In this document: piece after piece, positions 11,536 through 23,199 of the stretch
Layout of the letters: each line of letters begins with the position of its first letter
Position numbering within the stretch: position 1 is the first letter of the stretch
Source of the DNA: Felis catus
Taxonomy: Eukaryota
Length of the DNA stretch: 64,000 bases
Assembly: GCF_018350175.1 (NCBI RefSeq)
Contig: NC_058368.1
Location: 184,514,001-184,578,000 of the forward strand
Direction of reading: 5' to 3'
The notes under the pieces: generated by a model
Told to the model about the DNA's origin: nothing
Seen by the model: only the letters and a program-made list of their open reading frames with translations
Databases searched by the model: none
Position numbers and translations under genes: made by a program

Positions 11536-11770
11536 ACTAATTTATTTATTCAGCAAATATTTATTGGACATTTATTATGGGCCATAAAAGTTACGGATAA
11601 GGTAAAAAATAAAATAACAAATACTCTTGCCCACATGATGGATGGCTTACTTTGTAGTGGGACTAATAGTAATTTAAAAAAAAAATAATAATTTCAGAGT
11701 GATGTGAGGCCCTGTAAGAAACAAAGCATAGTAAGAAAGCTCATGACGAAGTGGAAGTGCTATGTTGTCT
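11536..11770 (-). mobile_element. L2 3' end (continues at ~14245-14520)
   Basis: TTCAGCAAATATTTATTG L2 tail motif. Confidence 0.65.
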
Positions 11771-11771
11771 A

Positions 11772-11925
11772 ATGCCAACTACTACATGTCTTAGATCATA
11801 TCTGTTCTTTACATTTTTTAAGGATTGTTAAAGAGATAGAGAATATACAACATTAGCAACATGTGGCTATAAAAGCCTAAAATATTTACTGTGTGGCCCT
11901 TCATGGAATAAGTTGCTAGTCTCTA
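11772..11925. mobile_element. MER58-like hAT-Charlie fragment
   Basis: AAAGCCTAAAATATTTACTGTGTGGCCCTT motif. Confidence 0.7.
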
Positions 11926-11929
11926 CGAA

Positions 11930-14242
11930 AGTAGTTCACAAGAATTCCTTTGGTCCCTCTACATGCCTGACACTGAATTCTATCAAAATGTAGAGTCTAT
12001 TTTTCCCCTCTTTGTACCTTGGCTGAGCTTGTAAGTATTTTTGGCCAACAGAACGATGCAGAAGTAACATTCTGAGAAACTCCCAAGCCTCCGTCTTAAG
12101 AGGCCTTGTAGCTTTTCCTTTTAGTCTTGGAAATGAGACCCCACGTAAAGAAATCTAGACTATCCTGCTATAGAGAAAGGCCTTAAAGAGAGAGAGTATC
12201 TGAACAATGAGAGACCACATGAGAAAAAAAAAGCTATAGAGAGGAGAAATGAAGCCTCACAGGCCATACTAAGGCCCTCAACCAATTAGTGAAGCTATGT
12301 TTGATCCTCTGACCCCAATCAAGATACTCTGGCCAACAGCTACCATGCGAAAGGAACAGAGATAAACCATCCTCACGAAACCTTACTGGAATTCCTGACT
12401 CACAGAATCATGGATGAAAAAATAATTATTGATTTAAGCTGCTAAGTTTTGGAGTGCTTTGTTTTGCAGCAATAGTAAGGGAAACAGAAATTAGAACCAG
12501 AACTAGAGTGCTGCTTTGACAAAAACCTGGAACACACAGCATTGCCTTTGCAACTAGGTGACAGACAGAGGCTTGAAGAAAGCTGAGAACTACTAAGGAG
12601 ATTTGAAAAGCATTGGAAAAATGCTATTAAGGACTGGGGACAGGATGACCTATGATCCACAAACGTGAAACATTTGGCAACACTTGTGACTCTAGCTAAG
12701 GTTTTTAGATGTAAGTCTGAAAGTGCCAATCAGTTTCCTGTTGTGTTATGCATGATCAAGTACAGCAGAGAGACAAACTAAAGAAGAATTGCTACATATA
12801 TAAGCATAGTTTAGAGGAAATATAGAGGACCCAGGACAGTTTTTTCAGTCAGAAACATGTTCTCAAAGTAAGAAATGGCCTCCAGATGAAAATAAAATCA
12901 AGAGTGTAGCCATAAGATCCTTTGTTTAAAACTCAGAAGAATTAGAGTTATGTTTATTACACCCTTCAGTGAAATTAAAACAAGTATAAATAAGAATCTT
13001 AAGGCATTGCCCTAAATCAACCTGGTATGCCCAAAGTGGAGGGGAAAAAAAGTTATCAATGTGACTTTGGCACACAGAGTGAATCCCTATAAGATATATG
13101 AAAAGTCCACAAATATTCTAAGAGATCTATACTGGTAGGAGTACTACTATCTTGGATTGAATGGGATTGAGATAGATGAAAATGAAAGAGGCCTATGGGC
13201 CCTCAAATTTATGCAGATAGACAGCAGGAGGTGGGAGCTGTTAAACTGCAAACAGAAATTCTCAAGGCACAAAGCCATGCGTCAAGGAAAACTGCACTAG
13301 AGAACCCCTGTCAGGGAGCAGAAAAACTAGGCTCTACTAAAGAAACATTGTCTTGATTAGGGAAACAGGTGACATGTGACTAGATGGTTTTAGAATGGTT
13401 ATGGACCAGTGACTGCTACGTGTCTTCCTTTCTCCCACTGTTGAATGGGAGTGTCTACCATAGTTAGCCTGCTCCTGTATTGCATTTGGTGTGGGAGAGG
13501 ATATCTTGACTTTTAGTTCACAAAACTACCATCAAGAAGAACTACATTCATAGAGACTTTTCCTCTCCAGAGCAGTTGTATATTACAAGACACTGTATGT
13601 TGGGCCCGATGCTATATTTGGATAGGGGTTGGAGGTCTTGAGGGGATGAGGATATTTTACATGTGAAACAAATGAGAAAGGGTATAGCCATAAGGTGGAC
13701 TGTGGTTGCTTATCTACAAAAATCATCACCAACAATTATCTAATCCCTGTACACATGACAGAACTCCGAACAAACAGGGAGTCTATTTTACCACCACTTG
13801 AATACATGGTAATCTTATGACTTGTTTTGACCCAACTACGAATGAGGTGAAAATGGCATTCTGGGACTTCTAATCAGCCCTTAAAGGCCTGATAGCTTCA
13901 GCTTTCACTCTTAGAAGAAAGCTATTATATAGCAAAGCCCCGTGAAGCCACATGGAAAGAGAAGTTCCAAAAGATGAGAGAATTTATGAGGAGAGAAGCC
14001 AAGTGGGGAAGATTTGAGGCACCTAATCTGACAGCCTACACCAAGGCTCCAGACTAGTGAGAGAAGGAATATTGGTTCTCTAGCTCCAAACAACCCACCC
14101 AGCCAACACTACATAGAGGGAAAGACAAGCTACTCACTGAGTCTTACTTGATTCTGACACAGAGAATCATGGGCAATTGATAGTTGTTTTAAGACACTAA
14201 GATTTATGGTAGTCTGTTATGAAGTAATAGATAAAAGACACA
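11930..14242 (+). mobile_element. MLT1 (G/H-like) MaLR element, LTR-internal-LTR
   Basis: Related LTRs at ~11930-12487 and 13701-14242; internal begins GAAATTAGAACCAGAACTAGAGTGCTGCT. Confidence 0.8.
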
Positions 14243-14244
14243 TA

Positions 14245-14520
14245 GTCTATTTCATATGGGTTGGCCAAAGAAGTTCACTGAAGAAATGGCATTTCAACTG
14301 AGGTCAAAATGATATGAATAAGAAAACCAAAAGATCGAACATTCCAAGAAAACAGACAAACTATTCTAGAAACTTCATGAAGTTTACTGAAGCTAGAGTG
14401 GTGTAAAAAAACAAGGAGTAGAAAGAAATGAGATGAGTAAATGGGAAGAAACTAGAAAAAAAATCAGATATTGTTAGACATTTTAGTTCACAGAACAGAA
14501 TTTGAAATTTATTCTAAACC
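14245..14520 (-). mobile_element. L2 fragment
   Basis: CTGAAGAAATGGCATTTCAACTGAG motif. Confidence 0.55.
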
Positions 14521-14729
14521 CATGTTAGAGTTCCTGAATCAAGCATACTACTTTCAGAAATTTTAAGTTTAATAAACTAATAAGTTATTTTTTTCTGTCT
14601 TTCTAAATTTGTTGTATTTACATCTCAAGGAGTCTTAACTAAACAATTTGATTCACTGAGATGACTGACTGTATCGTAACAGTATTTTAAAATCTTATAC
14701 TTAAATCTTAGGATAGTATTACCAACTAT

Positions 14730-14870
14730 AAAAAGTAAGATACCTAATTTCTGCACAAAAATGAGATACCCTGAAAGTAACAACATACTACTGATCTCCA
14801 GTGTGTTCAGATTTGGCAGATTACTTATGCAGGTGCTTTCAGAATGTATTTTAATTAAGTTTTAAGACAT
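14730..14870 (-). pseudogene. FN3-like C-terminal half remnant
   Basis: ISNL..TGDQ*YVVTFRV. Confidence 0.4.
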
Positions 14871-14873
14871 ACT

Positions 14874-15014
14874 TGTATTTACTTCTGTGGCTACCATTAA
14901 CAAATTACCACAAACTATGCTGTTTAAAACAATAAAACTTTATCCTCTCACAGTCTTGGCAGCCAGAAGTCCCAAATTGGTTTTTTTGGTGGGGACACCA
15001 TTCAACCCAATAAA
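14874..15014 (-). mobile_element. Internally deleted MLT1B/C-like LTR
   Basis: AACAAATTACCACAAAC...GCCAGAAGTC joined to GGGGACACCATTCAACCCA; flanks ATACT/ATGCT. Confidence 0.75.
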
Positions 15015-15157
15015 ATGCTAAAAAAATATTTTTTTAAGTCAATGGAAAAAAGTAAAACACTGTGGAATTCCTGAAGCACCAATGGAAGGAACCAAGTTTG
15101 AAAATCATGACTTTAATTTTAAACGCATATGGTACTTCATTTTATTTTTAATGTTAC

Positions 15158-15481
15158 AATTTCATAGGATGATTAATTTAGTTTAAGAGGGACCAACAGT
15201 TGAAGAAATCATCTTATACTTTAGGTATTGCATACCCACAGAAGCAACCTACTTAAAACATTTGAAATTGAAAAAAATCATTTTGAGAGTCTCAATACTA
15301 CAGATGCCGACCTCTATCTCCACACACAAGAAATACTTATTTTCATCTTACTTTCACTGGAACCATCCTCACTCCATTTACAATGTGAATTACAACTTAT
15401 ATTGCTACCCTCCACGCCTGAAAGTGACTCAGTAGGGAACAGAAAAGTGAATCACTGTAATATAGACAAGCTTGGTGATAT
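15158..15481 (-). pseudogene. FN3-like exon remnant
   Basis: Acceptor tttttgtttgcttcacag|AT; VYITVIHFS...VTF.AW; VLSRLLL.GMQYL. Confidence 0.65.
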
Positions 15482-15520
15482 CTGTGAAGCAAACAAAAAG
15501 AGCATCCTGTGAATACTTAC

Positions 15521-15570
15521 TGTCTCCTTTTTTTAGGCTTCATCCAGTTGAACAGTTGAATCAAAAATTA
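15521..15570 (-). pseudogene. 50-nt exon-like segment with strong splice sites
   Basis: atctctgtttctctacag|TA ... GACA|gtaagt. Confidence 0.45.
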
Positions 15571-15764
15571 CTGTAGAGAAACAGAGATTAAAAATAACAT
15601 TGAAAAGCAGTATGATATGATTATGCTAATTTAAAACTATATTTAATAGCAATTTCATTTCTGGCTACAAATACAAATAATGGGTCCATACTTCCAACAC
15701 AAGGAATGTTGGCATATCCTTTATGTTTGCACATTTCTAATTCTCACGTCTAAGAATACAGAGT

Positions 15765-16220
15765 TGTTCAGAATGATTTCTGTTCCAAGTGACAGAAAAT
15801 GCAACTCAAATTGGATTTGGGGGAAAAAAGCAAAAACAAAACAAACAACAAAAAAATGTAGTAACTTAATTAAAGAGTCCAGAGTTTCAATTATAGATGG
15901 AATTAGATCCCTAAATGATCAGGTCCCTAAATAACCTCCCTCCATATCTTAAATTTATTTTCCTATATATTGGCTTTATTCTCAAAAAAAGGCTCCTTCC
16001 ATGATGTATTCCTGCAAATCGGGGTTACAGTCTTTCCGGTTCTCACTGTTAACTATGATGTTATTTGAACACTTCAGCAGAAGTCTTAGGTTTATTCTGG
16101 TAGGAACATGTGTCCAATCTTGAACCAATCCCTGGAGGTGCAAAGATAAAATGCTCTGATTGGTCGGGAGTAATATATATGCCAACCCTGGAAACTTCAG
16201 TAAAGTCAACCATCACTGGT
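15765..16220 (-). mobile_element. LTR16-like ERVL LTR
   Basis: CAAGTGACAGAAAATGCAACTCAAA end motif; CTCTGATTGG motif. Confidence 0.6.
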
Positions 16221-18809
16221 GAAATTTAGGTTTTTCCCTTTCATTTTCATTATAATGAAAATGTCATTATCATCTTATTTTCATAATTTTCATCATATTT
16301 AATTCCTCTTCAAGGAATATCCTTTCTTATATATATCTCTGTATTGTTTTCTGATTATTTTGATAGAATAAATTCATAGAAATAGTAATGTTGTGTTAAC
16401 ATATATACATAAATTTTGAGACTTTTAAAAAATATATACAAAATTGCTTCACAGGAAGTTGTATCAATTTCAATGAGTAGTGTATGAATTTGCCTTCACA
16501 TGGTCTTAATGTATTTGGATGTTATCATTTTTACTAATCTTTCCTACAATAGAAAATAAAATTAATTAATTCATATTTATACATCATTGAGCACACATAT
16601 GTTTTTTGCTGAAACTTGTGAATTTGCAAATATGAAAACACTTTACCTCAACATACTTCACCAAATATCTTTTATATAACTACAATACCATAATCATAAC
16701 CAAGAGATTTAATTTTGATATTATTTAATAAAAAGTCCACAAATATTTCCAATTGGCCCCAAATATCCTTTATAGCTTTAAAAAAATCAAGATTTCAGTT
16801 AAAATCACACCATAAGATATAATTACTCTTTATTTCTTCCTCCCCCAAACAGGTAACTTTTCTTTTTCTTGTATTGCATTAGCTAGGACTTCCAGTATTA
16901 CATTGAAAAGAACTGGTAAGAGGAAACAGTCAAGAGAAAGCTTCTAGTTTCTCACTGTTAAGTATGATGTTAGCTGTAGGTTTTTACAGATGTTCTTTAT
17001 CAAGTTGAGGAAGTTACCCTCTATAACTAGTTTACTGAGAATTTTTGTCATGAATGCATACTGGATTTTGCCAAATGCTTTCTCTGTATCTGTTCATAGG
17101 ATTGTGTGATTTTTCTTCTTCAGCATGTTGATGGGACAGATTACATTAAACTGATTTCTGAATGTTGAGCCAGCCTTGCATATCTAAGAAAAATCTCACT
17201 TGGTCCTGATATATATCATTCTTTTTAAATGTTGTTAAATTTCTGTTTATGGATTGCTCAATTTGCTAATATTTTGTTGAGGATTCTTGCATCTATGTTG
17301 ATGAAAGATATTACTCTGTAGTTTACTTTTCTTCTAATGTCTTTATATGGTTTGGGTTAAGTAATGCTGGCCTCCTTGAATGAGTTAGGAAGTATGTTCT
17401 CTGTTTCTATCTCCTGAAGGAGACTTTAGAGAATTGTTATAACTTCTGCCTTAAATGTTAGTAGAACAGGGAACCAATCTGGGCCTAGGGCCATTTGGAA
17501 AATTATTCATTATTGATTCAATTTCTTTATATACTAGAGAGAGAGACAGAGAGACAGAATTATTCACATTGTCTATTTCTTCTTCTGTGAGTTTTGGCTG
17601 ATCATGTCTTTCAAGGAATTGGTCCATTTCATCTATGTCACTGAATTTGTGGGAAGAAAGTTGTTCATTATATTCCTTTAGTATCCTGTCAATGACCTTA
17701 AGATCTTTAGTAATTATATTATTTTAATACAATTTCTTTAATTTTTATTAAAGTCAATTTAATTTCTATTATTAGTGATTTGTGCTATTTCTTTTCTTAA
17801 CCTTGCTAGAAGCTTATAAATTTTATTAGTCTTTTCAAAGAAACAGATTTTAGTTTTGTTAATTTTCTAAACAACTTTCTGCTTTCAATTTCATTGATCT
17901 AGTCTCTAATTTTTACTATGTCTTGTCTTCTGCTTTCTGTAGATTTAATTTGATATTCTTTTTCTAGTTTCCAAAGGTGGAGGCTTAGATTAATGATTCT
18001 TGATCTTTCATCTTTTCAATATATGCATTCAATGCTCTAAATTTCTCTCCAATGCAGTATTGCTTTTACTGCATCACACAAATTTTGATGTTGTATTTTC
18101 ATTGCTTCAAATTTTTTTTTATTTTCACTTGAGATTTCTCTTTGACCTATGTCTTAAAAGTGTATTTTCATTTCCAAGTATTTTGGGATTTTCCAGCTAT
18201 CTTTCTGTTATTGATTTCTACTTCAATTCCACTGCAGTCTGAAAAGAAACATAGATTTTCTACTTTTTTTAAATTTAAGGTGTGCTTTATGACACCGAAT
18301 GTGGTCTTTCTTGGTTAATGTACTATAGGAGCTAAAGAAGAATGTGTATTCTGCTGCTGATGGATGAAATACTCAATACATGTCAATTATATTCAGTTAA
18401 ATGATGGTACTGTTGAGTTCAACTATGCCCTTACTGATTTTCTGCCTGCTGGACCTGTCCATTTCTGATAGAAGGATGTTAAAGACTCCAACTATAATAG
18501 CAGCTTCATATACTTCTCCTTACAGTGATCTCAGTTTTTGCCTCATTTTGACACTCTATTGTTAGGTTCACACACACTAAGAATTATGTCTTCTTGGAGA
18601 ATTATCCCATTATCATTATGTAATGCCTATCTTTATCCACAATAAATCTCCTTGTTCTGAAGTCTGCTTTGTCTGAAATTAATATAGCTCCTCTCTCTTT
18701 AATTAAAGTTAGCATAGTATATCTATCTTTCTCCATCCACTTACTTCTAATCTATTTGTGTATTTATTTTTAAAGTGGATTTATTTTATACAACACATAT
18801 TTGCAACTT

Positions 18810-18845
<36 letters not shown>

Positions 18846-18889
18846 CATCTTGGGTTTTTTAATTTACTCTGACATTTGGTCCTGAATTT

Positions 18890-20055
18890 ATTATTTTTTA
18901 TTGAAGTGTGATTAACATACAGTATTATATTAGTTTCATGTATACAATATAATGATTCAACATTCCTATATATTACTCAGTGCTCATCATGATAAATTTA
19001 CTCTTAATTCTCTTTATTATATCCACCTCTCCTTGGGAAGCCACCAGTTTTGCTCTTTGTATTTAAAGTCTGTGGGGCTTTTTATTGCTTTCTTTCTTTG
19101 TTTTGTTTCTTAAATTCCACACATGAGTGAAACCATATGGTATCTATCTTTTCTGACTTGTTTTACTTAGCATTATATCCTCTAGATGCATCCATGTTGT
19201 TGAAAAGAGCAGGATTTCTCACAGACTGTAAGTCTGAGTTCTCTCTTGTCCAGCAAGAGAATGGACCCAGAATTAAATACAAGAGAGGCTAATGTCTGGG
19301 AGGAGACAAGAGCACCAAACAGAGGTTTTGTCACCATATTTATTGAGTTTACAAGATAATACCCACATGTTGAACATGAAGAAAACAAGATCTTACATAG
19401 GTAAACATGGAGAAAACAATCAGACAGCTATCATTAACTTGTGTTTGTAAGAAGCAAAGGGTCTGGGGGGCAAGTGGAGTTCATAATCAAAGTAAAATAG
19501 TATATTGGTGTCAGATGGAAAGTAATTTTCTGCAGGTTATATAACAAGTTACTCGTGACCCCATTACAATACCTTGCTAGCTAACTCCATGTGCTCTCAC
19601 CCTGTGGTGGCAGCTTTCACCTTAAACTTTTTTCTAATCCATTTATGTAAGTAGAACCTATTTCCACACAAGGATTCATTCATTTTATGGCTGAATAATA
19701 TTCCTCTGTGTGTGTGTGTGTGTGTGTGTGTATGTACACACATCTTCTTTATCCACTTGTCTATTAATGGACACTTGGGTTGCCTCCATGTCTTGGCTAT
19801 TATTGTAAATAATGCCGTAGTAAACAGAGTGATGCATATATCTTTTTGAATTAGTAAACATCCGGAAGTGGAATTACTGAATTATATGATAATTCCATTT
19901 TTAATTTTTGAAGGATATCCATACAATTTTCCAGAGGAGCTCCACCAATTTGCATTCCCATCAACAGTGCACAAGGGTTCCTTTTCACCCCCCCATAGTC
20001 TTACCATACTTGTTATTTCTTGTCCTTTTGAGTGTAGCCATTCTACAGATGTAAA
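18890..20055 (-). mobile_element. Carnivore L1 3' fragment nested in the old L1
   Basis: TTCCACACATGAGTGAAACCATATGGTAT...; ORF 19882-20148 contains [14 protein letters not shown]. Confidence 0.8.
19200..19668 (-). mobile_element. Solo LTR-like insert in the nested L1
   Basis: ~470 bp non-L1 block splitting the L1 motif CATGTTGTTG...CAAGGATTCATTC; minus-strand AATAAA near 19340; ends CA. Confidence 0.6.
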
Positions 20056-22230
20056 GTGATACTCTGACAATCTATGGCTTTTAGTCCATGTATTCAGACT
20101 ACTGATGTTCAAAGTGATTATTGATATAGTTTGATTAACATTTATCATATTGTTATTGTTTTCTATTCATTGTCCTTGTTCTCTGTTCCTATTTTTTTGT
20201 CCTCCACTCTTTTCTGCCTTTTGTCATTTTAACAGAGCATTGTATATGATTCCATTTTCTCTCCTTGTTAGCATATCAATTATATTTTTTAAACTTTTTA
20301 AAGCATTTCCTCTGGAGTTTCCAATACATATTTATGATAAATCCAAGTCCACTTTCAAATAACACTATACCTCTTCACAGGTTAGTGCAAGTACTTCATA
20401 ATAATAAATGATCCTAATTTTTTCCTCCCACTATCCCTTGTATCATTGCTGTCATTCATTTTACTTACATATAAGGACACATGAGTAGATAATCAAATAC
20501 ACTGTTGCTATTACTACTTTGACAAATTATCTGGTAGATCAATTAAGAATAAGAAAAATAAGGAGGGGCCAAGATGGCACAACAGCATGGGAGGTTTTTT
20601 TTGCCCTTCTCATCCCTGAAAGGCAGCCAGATCGACACCAAACCATCTTACATACCTAGAAAACTGATTTGAGGATTAACAAAACAATCTGTACAACCTG
20701 AACCACAGAACTCAGCAGGTACATAGCAGAGAGGTGAACTGTGGGACAGAGAAGCCGCAGAGGGCAAGGAGCTATTTTTGCCTGTGGTGAGAGGATGGAG
20801 ACAGGGAGAGAGTATGGGAAAAGCACCCCCCACCCCAAAAGCAGCTGGAGAAAAAGGGGAATAATGGAAACAGCTACAAGGGATTGAACAAAAAAAGGGA
20901 TAAAGGAGAAAGGAGAGGGTTTAAATTCCATTAAGACTATAAACAGGGGGAGCACAGAGTCTGAAACTCTGCAGCTTAATATCTAGTAGTGCTCTGGTGG
21001 GAAAGGAGAATCCCCAGGAGCAGAGACTGAGGTTCAAAAGGTCAGGTCACAAGGGGAGAAGTGGTTCACCCCTGCTGGGAGGACATTTGGTAGAAGCTGT
21101 GTGGCCTCCCCACAAAGGTCCCAGCTGACTCCAAAGAGGAGCCACATTCGCTCGTGTTGGAACAAGGATGTCAAGGGTGAAGCCTGGTGCCAGATGTGTG
21201 TTGTGATTTAACATAATCCCTAAAACACTGCTGCTACATGATCACGTGAACTTTTTCTGGGGAGGGCTGGCACCCAACCACAGTCTCTGGGCATCTGCAG
21301 GAAAATGGTTGCAACAATGTTCCTGGGGGGTGGGCCAACACCCCCCAGCCATTGCTTGGTGATACTCTACCCCAAGGGTCTGAGCTGGTCAAAGCTGCAG
21401 TCCCTCAGAAGTGAGGGTTTGGGAAACACAGTCGCATCTGAGATAAAACTCAGGAGGGAGGAACCACTTGACAGTCTGACAGCTTGGTCTAAGACAGTGC
21501 AAAAGCAGGGAGAGGATGGAAGCAGGAGACAAATGAGGGGTGCTTGATTGCCTGTTGGAGAGAGCACAAAGTTCTGATACTTCAGACTGCATAGCTAGGT
21601 GATGCCATTTTCACCCCTCCCACATGTGTGCATAAATGCCTACAAGTACCACAACAATCCACCCCAGTAAGCTAATCAGTGCCATCTAGTAGAGAATGGA
21701 GCTGTTACACTATGCTCTGCCCAAGTGGGCCAACCATGCTCTTAAGGAACACCACAACTCTCTCCATCTGCTTAGTTTACAGACTATAAAGTACTTCATA
21801 GTTTGACTCCTAGAAGAAACTGGATATAATTTCAATCATATTTCATTCTGTTTGGTGATCTTTCTATTTAATTTTTGTTTCTTTTTCTTTTCTTATTCTT
21901 CAATACAGAAAAAAAAATACTTTTATTTTCCATTTCTATAAAACAGATTTTTAATTTTTCCTATTATATGTTTTACTTTTTTGTAAAATTTTACAATTCT
22001 ATTTAACATTCATCATTTCATTTTATTCTATTTTATTGTATTCTTTTTTATCAAATATTCAAACATTTTCCTTTTCTTTTATTTCCCTTTTTTTCTCTAA
22101 TCTATCAAGCTTCTTTCAACAACCAAACCAAAACACACTTAGGATCTAGCAACGTGTCTTTTCTTTTTGGTGTTGTTTTTAGTTTAATTTTTATGTTTTT
22201 TAGTTTATTAATTCATTTTCTTACTACAAA

Positions 22231-23110
22231 ATGATGAAATGAAGGAATTTGCCCCAAAAGAAAGAACAGAAAGAAATGATAGCCAGAGACTTAACACAGA
22301 TACAAGCAAGAAGCCTGAACCATAATTTAGAATAATGATAATAAGAACACTAGCTAGTTGAAAATAGCATAGAATGGCTTTCTACAGAGATAAAAGAAGT
22401 AAAAGCTAGTCAGGATGAAATTAAAAATGTTGTAACTGAGATGCAATCTTGAATGATGCCACGACAGCCAGGATGGATGAAGCAGAGCCGCAAATGAGTG
22501 ATACAGTGGACAAACTTATGGAGAACAATGAAGCAGAAAAAAAGAATAAGACTATAAAAGAGCATGATATAAGAATTAGAGAACTCAGTGACTCATTACA
22601 AAGGAATAACATCCAAAACATAGGGGTCCCAGAAGATGAAGAGAGAGAAAAATGGGTAGAAGGGTTATGTGAGCAAATCATAGCAGAAAACTTTCCTAAC
22701 CTGGGGAAAGACTCAGATATCAAAATCCAGGAAGCACAGAGAACTCCCATGAGATTCAACAAAAACCGACCACCAACAAGGCATATCATAGTCCAATTCA
22801 CAAAATACTCAGGCAAGGAAAGAATCATGAAAGCAGCAAGGGGAAAAAAGTCCTTACCCTACAAGGGAAGACAGATCAGATCTGCAGCAGACCTATCCAC
22901 AGAAACCTGGAATGTCAGAAAGGAGTGGCAGAATATATTCAATGTGTTGAATTGGAAAAATATGCAGCCAAGAATTTTTGATCCAGCAAAGCTGTCATTC
23001 AAAATAGAAGGAGTGATAAAAAGTTAACCAGACAAGAACTAAAGGAGTTCATGACCACTAAACCAGCCCTGCAAGAAATTTTAAGTGGGACTCTCTAAAG
23101 GGAGGAAAAA
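22231..23110 (+). pseudogene. L1 ORF1p (disrupted)
   Basis: NIGVPE, IIAENFPNL, IQEAQRTP, ADLSTET motifs. Confidence 0.92.
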
Positions 23111-23199
23111 ACGGGAAAAAAAAGAAGAAGAAGAAAAGCCACAAATACTAGAAAGGACCAGAGAACACCACCAGAAACTCCAACCCTACAGGCAACGTA

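Noticed and set aside
15228..15512. Plus-strand 94-aa ORF preceded by an AG
   Set aside because: Antisense shadow of the FN3-like exon; no recognisable protein.
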